A stretch of DNA of 32,000 bases from Bordetella parapertussis (GCA_945865935.1 CAMBFI010000010.1:96271-128270), one strand, 5' to 3'. Counted from the stretch's first letter, positions 1 through 7,128 are shown. Notes: a model not told the origin generated them from the letters alone. Program-made: numbers and translations.

Positions 1-842
1 ACAGTAATGAGGTTCAAGGTGAAAAGCCAGGCGCCAAGCACCACAATGCATAGAATCGTCAGGGTGGTTGCGGAGCGAGTAAGCATCGTCATGACTGCCC
101 ACCATGACAGGACGGGTAGTTGGGCGCTCAGTACGCGCTGGCTGATTCCCTTAAGGCTATCGACTTCATGTTGCACGCGGGCAAAGCTTTGTACCAAGGC
201 CACATTACCCAAAGTGTCTGATGCGCGTTCGGCTAAATCTGAATGATGCGATTCAACCTGCTGTTGTAGCGCTTGCGTACGGGTCAGGATGAAATGCGTC
301 AGGACGGCGAAGATCACACAAAGTACGATTAATACCCAGGCAAGATGCCAGTTGACGTAGAGCGCGACCGGTATCAAAACAATCAGTGAGACCAGTGCGG
401 CCAAGTTGTCTCGAAAAAAACTGAGCCATAACCACCATAACGTATCTGTTCCTTGAAGCATGACTTTCATCGCACGACCGGTATGTGTGCGCGAATGCTG
501 CGAAAGAGGAAGATGCAAAACGTGCTCAAAGTAGTCAGCGAGTACCGCGTGCCTGCGGCGGTGTGCAAGCTTATCTGATAGCAGAGCGATTAACGCGCCA
601 GCGGTAATCGTGAACAGACCAAATCCAGCCCACGCCAACAGAAGGGGTACCACGCGATCCCAAAGCTGTGCGGTGGACTCGGCTGCGCTTTTAGACAAGG
701 TGTCGATCACCCGTCCAAACAAAATAGGTTCAGCAAACAATGCGATCGCAAGGCATACATTGGTAAAAGCGAGACCCCAGCCCGTGCGCTGGTCCGGCCC
801 TAGCTGCCGCAATACGCGTCGGTATAGGGCGGCGAGCGTCAT
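1..842 (-). CDS. ABC transporter, fused permease/ATPase type-1 exporter (NdvA/ChvA-like glucan exporter). Only the N-terminal transmembrane domain is in the window; the 3' end lies beyond position 1.
   Basis: Absent from the ORF track because it has no stop inside the window. My minus-strand translation from ATG 842..840 runs without stops to the window edge: MTLAALYRRVLRQLGPDQRTGWGLAFTNVCLAIALFAEPILFGRVIDTLSK...LSDKLAHRRRHAVLADYFEHVLHLPLSQH...LPVLSWWAVMTMLTRSATTL. The helix spacing fits an ABC exporter TMD. The AEPILFGRxID and LAHxRR stretches match my memory of NdvA/ChvA. The ATG overlaps the TGA of the upstream opgH-like gene (ATGA). Confidence 0.75.
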   Translation of the reverse strand, partial: MTLAALYRRVLRQLGPDQRTGWGLAFTNVCLAIALFAEPILFGRVIDTLSKSAAESTAQLWDRVVPLLLAWAGFGLFTITAGALIALLSDKLAHRRRHAVLADYFEHVLHLPLSQHSRTHTGRAMKVMLQGTDTLWWLWLSFFRDNLAALVSLIVLIPVALYVNWHLAWVLIVLCVIFAVLTHFILTRTQALQQQVESHHSDLAERASDTLGNVALVQSFARVQHEVDSLKGISQRVLSAQLPVLSWWAVMTMLTRSATTLTILCIVVLGAWLFTLNLIT

Positions 843-2611
843 GTGAGTGCTCGTAGGTGTAGAGACTTCAGTGCTTCGGGTGGTGCGATCTCTTCGGGTA
901 GGCTCAGCAGTTTGTGCTGGATCAGTGCAGCACCGAAACCCGGTAATGACGTCAACACTGCAATCGGAATAGACAAGACCAAGCCACCTAAGGCGAAAAA
1001 GGAGTAAGGCAAAAGATCTGGGTGCGACAGCCCAAGCCCAATGATGCCAGCAAGTCCCAGAAGGGTGTGCGGCCAAAACTGCTTCACCGCAGTGCTCAGT
1101 GGGATCGAATGATCATCACGCGCCTGAGCACCCCAGCCCGCTTTCTTGCCAAACAAGAGCCCCGTCATAAACATCGCATGATTCAGCCAAGTGATAGGGG
1201 TCATTAATACTGAGAAAATCATTTCTAAGGTAAATCCGGTCGCAAAGCGCAAGCCGCCTCCGAAACGTTTGCGTTCTTCGGGGCGTGAGATCACATCGGC
1301 AGCGCCCGCAATTTTAGGCTGGTACCACATGGTAAGTGTGGCGATCATGAGCGTGACGCCGTATGAGCCGTCCATGAGTTGGCTTGCATCAGCGCTGAGG
1401 GATGCGCTGGCAATACCGAGAGTCAATAGTACGACCCAGGCCGGTGAGCCTAAGAACATAAAAATCGCAACGCAGAGTTGGTAGCGACTCATAAAGAGCA
1501 GGCCCGGCAGTCTCAGTAAGTGAACATATTGCAAGTTCCCTTCGCACCAGCGCAGGTCACGGCGAATGTATTCAATGAGCGTTGGCGGATTTTCTTCCCA
1601 GCTTTCATCTTCTTGCGGAATCACACGCACATCGAACCCTGCTTTACGCATGAGTACCGCTTCGATCTGATCATGGCTCAAGATGTGGCGGGTTGTTCCG
1701 TTAGGTCTAGGTAGCGAGGGAAGCTCGCAATGCGCAATAAAAGGCGCTAGACGCAATGCGGCATTGTGTCCCCAGTAGGGGCCACAATCGGATTGCCACC
1801 AGGCTGAGCCCATCGTGTAGGGACGCATGCCTAGCCGCATCCCGTATTGAAAGAGTCGCGTAAAGCCGCTTGTTGAAGGAAGCCCCACAACCAAGCCCTG
1901 CAAAATCCCAAGCTTGGGTGTGGCCTGCATGATTCGAACCATGCGCATGATCGCTTTACCCGTCATGAAACTGTCTGCATCAAGCGTGATGGCGATGTCG
2001 TGTTGGTGCCCCCACCGCTCACAAAAGTCGGCAATGTTGCCAGCCTTGTAGCCTTTGTTATTCGTGCGTCGACGGTAGGTAATGGCGATATGGTGTTGCC
2101 AACGTGCTTGCATTGCGTCGAAACACGTTTGTTCTTCTGCGCCAATCTGCTGGTCATCCGTATCGCTTAAGACATACAGATGGATATGCGGAGCAATCGG
2201 CTCCTCTCGTAAGCCAGCGAGCATGACTTCGATATTGCGCTCTAGTCGATCTGGTGTTTCGTTTCGAATGCATAACAGCAAAGCTGTTGATATAGATATT
2301 GGTGCAGAATTGTCGGCCTTCAGTGCATCAGGGATCACTAAGGCCAAGGGTTCGCGTACGAAGCGACAAATAATAAAGCCGATGGTCGCGTTCCAAAAAC
2401 CAATCACCATCCAGGGTAGTGTCACGGCAAACAGGATCAGGATCGCGATGTGTGCCGTCAGCGGAACCGTCGGACCGAGCGCACGATGCATTAGCCAGAT
2501 TAAAAGGACAAAGGTGGTTGTCGCCAAGGCCGCAAACAGAATTCGGCGTAAATTGATTGCTAAGGTAGAGGGGGTATTCACAAAATTTCCAAACGAACGT
2601 CTAACGCTCAC
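839..2611 (-). CDS. opgH: Glucans biosynthesis glucosyltransferase H-like protein (OpgH/MdoH family, membrane GT2)
   Basis: 590-aa ORF with hydrophobic N- and C-terminal multi-helix regions around a GT2 core. Motifs are LSDTDD, LDADS and RRDLRWCEGNLQ (the OpgH-type QxxRW variant). GTG 2611 is the longest start; an internal ATG (MHRALG) is an alternative. Confidence 0.85.
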   Translation of the reverse strand: MSVRRSFGNFVNTPSTLAINLRRILFAALATTTFVLLIWLMHRALGPTVPLTAHIAILILFAVTLPWMVIGFWNATIGFIICRFVREPLALVIPDALKADNSAPISISTALLLCIRNETPDRLERNIEVMLAGLREEPIAPHIHLYVLSDTDDQQIGAEEQTCFDAMQARWQHHIAITYRRRTNNKGYKAGNIADFCERWGHQHDIAITLDADSFMTGKAIMRMVRIMQATPKLGILQGLVVGLPSTSGFTRLFQYGMRLGMRPYTMGSAWWQSDCGPYWGHNAALRLAPFIAHCELPSLPRPNGTTRHILSHDQIEAVLMRKAGFDVRVIPQEDESWEENPPTLIEYIRRDLRWCEGNLQYVHLLRLPGLLFMSRYQLCVAIFMFLGSPAWVVLLTLGIASASLSADASQLMDGSYGVTLMIATLTMWYQPKIAGAADVISRPEERKRFGGGLRFATGFTLEMIFSVLMTPITWLNHAMFMTGLLFGKKAGWGAQARDDHSIPLSTAVKQFWPHTLLGLAGIIGLGLSHPDLLPYSFFALGGLVLSIPIAVLTSLPGFGAALIQHKLLSLPEEIAPPEALKSLHLRALT

Positions 2612-2686
2612 TTATACTGTTGATTCTTGCCCGCGAAGTATAGGGCACAGACTAGTTGCTCATCGATAAAACCCCAGGAACGTCTC

Positions 2687-3688
2687 GTGGCCTCCCCGCA
2701 AAATGCTCTCTCCGCTGTGCAAGACGCAACGGCCCTTTGGTACGTGGCCCCTGAGGCGGTAGCACTGCGCACAGAGCCTTTGCTGCCCAACACCGTTGAC
2801 CAGGTGCGGGTACGTTCTGTGTTCAGTGCGCTCAGTCGCGGAACAGAATCTCTCGTCTTTCGAGGCGAGGTGCCGCCGGCGGAGTTTGAACGGATGCGTG
2901 CACCGTTTATGGGGGGCGCTTTTCCGTTCCCCGTTAAATATGGTTACGCAACCGTCGGTCAAGTTCAGGCGGGCCCGCCAGAATTGCTCGACCGCTGGGT
3001 ATTCAGCCTCACGCCTCATCAAGATTTTTTTAATGCTCCCATTGACGCCGTTTCGTTAGTCCCCGAGGGGGTGTCACCTATGCGTGCGGTGTTGGCCGCC
3101 AATATGGAAACCGCACTCAATGCCGTGTGGGATGCGAAGGTCGGTCCGGGTGATCGGATTGTGGTCGTAGGTGGAGGCGTTGTTGGCTGTCTCATTGCGT
3201 TTTTATGCGGCCATTTGCCTGGGGCGTCCGTCACCTTGGTGGACATTAACCCCGAGCGAGCCGCAACGGCTAAGGCGTTGGGCGTTCGCTTTGCACTGCC
3301 TGGCGAGGCCCCTACCGATTGTGATCTCGTGTTTCATTGCAGCGCCACCCAGGCTGGGCTTGCCACCGCACTGGGCTTGGCAGGTGAGGAGGCCACTGTG
3401 CTTGAGCTGAGTTGGTATGGCGCCAAGGCGGTACAGGCGCCTTTAGGTGGCGCATTCCACAGCCGTCAGTTGCGCTTGCAAGCGAGTCAGGTTGGGCATG
3501 TTTCTGCCTCTCGCCGGCCGCGCTGGTCCTATAAGCGCCGTTTGGGTGCCGCGCTCAGCATGCTTCACGACGCCAGGCTCGACGCATTGCTGGCCGACCC
3601 CATTAACTTTTTTGACTTGCCTGCTAAATTGCCTGCAATTTTTGAGGGACGCAGCGGTGTGCTGTGTCAACCTATTCGTTATCTTTAA
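2687..3688 (+). CDS. MDR-superfamily (zinc-type alcohol dehydrogenase-like) oxidoreductase
   Basis: Track ORF is 2627..3688. I prefer GTG 2687, which has AGGA about 8 nt upstream. Evidence: Rossmann motif VVVGGGVVGCL, and the SRGTE and FPFPVKYGY stretches typical of MDR dehydrogenases. The start is uncertain by about 60 nt. Confidence 0.8.
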   Translation: MASPQNALSAVQDATALWYVAPEAVALRTEPLLPNTVDQVRVRSVFSALSRGTESLVFRGEVPPAEFERMRAPFMGGAFPFPVKYGYATVGQVQAGPPELLDRWVFSLTPHQDFFNAPIDAVSLVPEGVSPMRAVLAANMETALNAVWDAKVGPGDRIVVVGGGVVGCLIAFLCGHLPGASVTLVDINPERAATAKALGVRFALPGEAPTDCDLVFHCSATQAGLATALGLAGEEATVLELSWYGAKAVQAPLGGAFHSRQLRLQASQVGHVSASRRPRWSYKRRLGAALSMLHDARLDALLADPINFFDLPAKLPAIFEGRSGVLCQPIRYL

Positions 3689-3697
3689 GGAAACATT

Positions 3698-4096
3698 ATG
3701 TTTACAGTTGAAGTTCGTGACCACATCATGATTGCGCATTCCTTTCGCGGAGCAGTGTTTGGGCCCGCACAAGCTTTGCACGGCGCGACGTTCGTGGTTG
3801 ATGCCGCTTTTATCTCCAAGACGCTGGACAGCAATGGCATCGTGGTCGATATTGGATGCGCGTTGGATGTATTGAAAGCGACGCTTAAGCCGTTGAATTA
3901 TTCGAACCTGGACGAGCGTGCTGAATTCAAGGGCATGAACACGACGACGGAATTTTTGACAAAGTACATTTTTGATCAGCTCGCGCTTGCCGCCCGTGCG
4001 GGTCAGTTAGGGCGCGAAAGTAAAGAGCTGCATGCGATCCGCGTCACGATCTCGGAATCTCATGTTGCGCGCGCCTGGTACGAAGCTGCTCTGTAA
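3698..4096 (+). CDS. 6-pyruvoyl-tetrahydropterin synthase / QueD family (COG0720 T-fold) protein, divergent
   Basis: 132-aa ORF with a strong RBS (AAGGAA) 6 nt upstream of the ATG. The size and the IAHSF...LHGATFVV...ISESH pattern match the PTPS/QueD fold, but the catalytic residues look incomplete (see findings). Confidence 0.78.
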   Translation: MFTVEVRDHIMIAHSFRGAVFGPAQALHGATFVVDAAFISKTLDSNGIVVDIGCALDVLKATLKPLNYSNLDERAEFKGMNTTTEFLTKYIFDQLALAARAGQLGRESKELHAIRVTISESHVARAWYEAAL

Positions 4097-4128
4097 AGTT
4101 GACGAACGTGAGTGTTTAGGTTGTGTCG

Positions 4129-5190
4129 ATGTTTAAGCGCATCGTTTTTGCAATCCCTGGGGATATCACCGCGCCTACCGGTGGGTATATCTATGACCGA
4201 CAGATCATCGCGGGTTTGCGTGTATTAGGTTGGCAAGTGGAGTTACTTGGGTTGGGCGAAGGCTTCCCTTTTCCAACCTCTGAGACGTTGCGTGAGGCCC
4301 ACGCAAAACTTTCTGCGCTGCCCACGGGTATACCGGTGGTGATAGATGGGCTCGCGTTGGGTGTGATGCCAGATATTGTTGCGGCGATCACGACCGAGCG
4401 CCCAGTTATTGCCTTGGTGCATCACCCCCTCGCGTTTGAGTCGGGACTCACCACTGAGCAGGCTGCAAGCCTTAAACAAACAGAACAGCAAGCTCTGAAG
4501 CATGTCGCGCACGTGATCGTGACGAGTCCTGCCACGGCGCGGGATTTGATGCAGCATTTTTCGGTTCCCCCGGCGCGGGTGGATGCAGTAGTGCCGGGTA
4601 CAGATCGTGCAACCTTCGCAAAAGGATCTCAAAGTGACGTTGTCTCCTTGCTCTGTGTGGGTTCAGTTATCCCTCGCAAGGGCTTTGATGTGTTGTTGCC
4701 TGCCCTGCATCAATTAAGTGACTTGCCTTGGCGTTTGACCATTGCAGGGGATCGGTCACGCAATGGCCAAGCGCCGCGACAACTTGATGAGGACATCAAT
4801 CGATTTAGTTTTCATGATCGCATCGCCGTACTCGGCGCCGTGACTGCCGAGGCGTTAGCGGAGCTATATGCTTGTGCCGATGTGTTTGTGTTGGCCTCTC
4901 GTTTCGAGGGGTTTGGCATGGCGTATGCCGAGGCACTCGCGCACGGGCTGCCGGTCGTAGGCACCACGGGAGGTGCGATTCCCGATACGGTGCCCTTGGA
5001 GGCGGGTCTGCTTGTTGCGCCGGATAGCGTGGACGCGTTAGCTGCGGCGCTAAAGACGATCATTGAACGTAAGGACCTCCGAGCGCAGCTCGCCGATGGT
5101 GCGCGACGCGTCGCGCGTATGCAACCAACCTGGGCCGATTCTTCTCAGCAGTTTGCGGAGGTGTTGCTGAAGTCAATCGGCAGTCGTTGA
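4129..5190 (+). CDS. Glycosyltransferase family 4 / group 1 (GT-B, retaining type)
   Basis: The ORF starts at GTG 4123 or ATG 4129 (MFKRIVFAIPGD). It has the EX7E motif FEGFGMAYAEALAHGLPVV and a TGGYIYDR N-terminal region typical of Glycos_transf_1/GT4 proteins. Confidence 0.85.
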   Translation: MFKRIVFAIPGDITAPTGGYIYDRQIIAGLRVLGWQVELLGLGEGFPFPTSETLREAHAKLSALPTGIPVVIDGLALGVMPDIVAAITTERPVIALVHHPLAFESGLTTEQAASLKQTEQQALKHVAHVIVTSPATARDLMQHFSVPPARVDAVVPGTDRATFAKGSQSDVVSLLCVGSVIPRKGFDVLLPALHQLSDLPWRLTIAGDRSRNGQAPRQLDEDINRFSFHDRIAVLGAVTAEALAELYACADVFVLASRFEGFGMAYAEALAHGLPVVGTTGGAIPDTVPLEAGLLVAPDSVDALAAALKTIIERKDLRAQLADGARRVARMQPTWADSSQQFAEVLLKSIGSR

Positions 5191-5813
5191 GCCGAGAGAT
5201 CAATGTCGTAGACGATTTCGTCTTCTAGTGCATAGGCTTTTGTGCGAAGCCGAACCGCTTCGTCCATTGTCTGAATCGCGGGTAGATTAAATGCCGGACG
5301 ACCAGAACCCATAATGATGGGCGCAACCAGCAAATGGAGTCGGTCTAGACAGCCTGCTTGCATAAAACGAGAGACGGTTTCCGCACCGCCTTCGATCAAC
5401 AAGCGGCGTAAGCCCCGAGCATGCAGTGCGCGCAAAATCTCTTTCGGGTCAATATGCCCATTTAGGGTTTTTAGGACGACAAGTTCGACTCCCGGGGGGA
5501 CTTCCGCCGAGGGGGTGTTGCTAGTCAGCCACAGTCGTCGTGTGCCATCATCGCGCCAAACCTTTGCGCTCGAGGTCAAACGAGCATTCGGGTCTAAGAC
5601 AATACGTGTCGGATTTTTACCCTTTGTTAAGCGAACGTTCAGCTGCGGGTCATCCGCAAGTGCCGTCCCGATGCCCACCAAAACCCCGTCTACGCAGGCT
5701 CGTAGGTGGTGTAAATGAATCAAGCTTGCCGGTCCGTTTACATAGCGGGAATGGCCCGTGACGGTTGCGATCCGTCCGTCCAAGGTTTGCCCTAATTGAC
5801 CGATAACCATCAT
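5145..5813 (-). CDS. RibD C-terminal domain protein (pyrimidine/pterin reductase, DHFR-like fold), stand-alone with no deaminase domain
   Basis: Motifs GQTLDGRIAT and LLIEGGAETVSRFMQAGCLDRLHLLVAPIIMG are typical of the RibD reductase domain. The track ORF extends to TTG 5912. I prefer ATG 5813 (MMVIGQLGQ) with AGGAA about 10 nt upstream. The 3' end overlaps the convergent glycosyltransferase gene by 46 bp. Confidence 0.85.
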   Translation of the reverse strand: MMVIGQLGQTLDGRIATVTGHSRYVNGPASLIHLHHLRACVDGVLVGIGTALADDPQLNVRLTKGKNPTRIVLDPNARLTSSAKVWRDDGTRRLWLTSNTPSAEVPPGVELVVLKTLNGHIDPKEILRALHARGLRRLLIEGGAETVSRFMQAGCLDRLHLLVAPIIMGSGRPAFNLPAIQTMDEAVRLRTKAYALEDEIVYDIDLSAQRLPIDFSNTSANC

Positions 5814-5977
5814 GTCGTCTTTTGTTCCTGGGGGGGCAAAAGCAAGGGTATCCGGGACGCCCGTGGACTGTGGGGATGGGGGGACTGGTGTGTCGAGGGG
5901 CAAGATGAGCAAAGCCGAAGAATGTGGTGGGAACTAGGTGTAATCCATTAGAAATTTACAGCAAAGTGGCATAATTA

Positions 5978-6025
5978 CAAAGTTATGACTTAATCCTTCA
6001 AAGTTATGACTTAACCCTTCAAAGT
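5978..6025. repeat. Tandem 21-bp direct repeat (2 full units at 20/21 identity plus a 6-7 nt third start) immediately upstream of the GTP cyclohydrolase II gene
   Basis: Read directly: caaagttatgacttaatcctt (5978-5998), caaagttatgacttaaccctt (5999-6019), then caaagtg (6020-6026). The same caaagtg heptamer also occurs at 5962-5968. Confidence 0.85.
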
Positions 6026-6036
6026 GCAGGTTCATC

Positions 6037-7128
6037 TTGTTCAGGCCAGACCCCCTTATAGAAGTTGACCGCGCTATATCCGAATTGCGACGCGGAGCCG
6101 GTGTGCGCGTGTTCTCGGGCGTGAGCAGTGTGTTGATGCTTGCCACCGAAGCGGTGTCCATTGATCTACTGCAATTGTTTGCCGCGCAAGGGGCCAGCGC
6201 GCCCCGACTCGTGATGACGGGTACCCGGGCGAATGTGCTGGGCATTGATAAATCGGATCGCGCGACCTGTGTTGTCAGTTCGCCCAACGGCCTAGACTCA
6301 GTGACCATCGAATACCTTGCGAACCCACTTGCCGCGAAGGCCCCGCAACCGAAACTCTCAGAGCTCATTGTCAACCAAGCGACCTCACTAGAGATGTCTT
6401 GTGTGAAGATTGCGAAGCTCTCGCGGCTTTTGCCTGCTGCGGTGCTGGTTGATTGTGAAGCGATACCCGATGCATTTTCGGTTGATGCCGACGCCATTGA
6501 ACACTATATGAAAACGGCCGCTCACTCGCTGAAGATCGTGAGCCGAGCTCGTGTTCCCCTTGAAGACGCCGAGCATGCTCAAGTGATTGCATTTCGTCCC
6601 CGCGATGGTGGCATCGAGCATCTCGCGATTGTCGTGGGCGAACTTAATACAGACGCACCAGTTTTAATCAGAATGCACTCCGAATGTTTCACGGGTGACT
6701 TGATGGGATCGCTGCGTTGCGATTGCGGCAATCAACTCCGCGGTGCAATCAGCGAAATCGCAAAAGTGGGTAGCGGTATTTTGCTCTATCTGGCACAAGA
6801 GGGGCGTGGTATCGGCTTGGTAAACAAGCTGCGCGCCTATCAGTTGCAAGACTCCGGCTTTGATACGGTGGATGCCAATCTACAGTTAGGTTTTGATTCG
6901 GATGAGCGTGATTACTTGCCCGCTGCGCAGATGCTTAGCTTGCTTGGTGTCAGCCAAGTGAAGTTGTTGACCAATAATCCCTTGAAAGTTGCCGCGCTCG
7001 CAAAGCAGGGTATTGATGTGGTGGAGCGCGTCGCGCACATCTTCCCATCGAATGAACACAACGACGGCTATCTGCGCACCAAAGCAGCAAAGAGCGGCCA
7101 CATGTTTAATTTTGAGACGAAGAAATAA
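6037..7128 (+). CDS. ribA: GTP cyclohydrolase II with an N-terminal degenerate DHBP-synthase-like domain (RibBA-like architecture)
   Basis: The C-terminal half has intact GCH-II motifs: RMHSECFTGDLMGSLRCDCGNQL (the three Zn cysteines), EGRGIGLVNKLRAYQLQDSGFDTVDANLQLGF and DERDY. The N-terminal ~163 aa keeps RibB-like flanks (VDRAISELRRG, IAKLSRLLPAAVLV) but lacks the acidic RENEGD-type motif. TTG 6037 is the only in-frame start upstream of the conserved N-terminus. Confidence 0.88.
   Translation: MFRPDPLIEVDRAISELRRGAGVRVFSGVSSVLMLATEAVSIDLLQLFAAQGASAPRLVMTGTRANVLGIDKSDRATCVVSSPNGLDSVTIEYLANPLAAKAPQPKLSELIVNQATSLEMSCVKIAKLSRLLPAAVLVDCEAIPDAFSVDADAIEHYMKTAAHSLKIVSRARVPLEDAEHAQVIAFRPRDGGIEHLAIVVGELNTDAPVLIRMHSECFTGDLMGSLRCDCGNQLRGAISEIAKVGSGILLYLAQEGRGIGLVNKLRAYQLQDSGFDTVDANLQLGFDSDERDYLPAAQMLSLLGVSQVKLLTNNPLKVAALAKQGIDVVERVAHIFPSNEHNDGYLRTKAAKSGHMFNFETKK

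Noticed and set aside
7-846. Three short track ORFs (7..246 +, 253..438 -, 610..846 +) at the left edge.
   Set aside because: All lie inside, and in other frames or on the other strand of, the uninterrupted 280-codon minus-strand reading frame with clear ABC-exporter TMD features. I treat them as shadow ORFs.
2082-2669. 195-aa plus-strand ORF antisense to the opgH-like gene.
   Set aside because: It is fully embedded antisense in a gene with strong family motifs. Its composition is low-complexity and Arg/Ser/Ala-rich, typical of shadow frames, and it has no RBS.
5814-6036. Possible FMN riboswitch upstream of the GTP cyclohydrolase II gene.
   Set aside because: I could not find the conserved FMN-element cores (GGGCAGGGTGAAATTCCC / ACCGGCGGT-like segments). 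The region is dominated by G-runs and the 21-bp tandem repeat.
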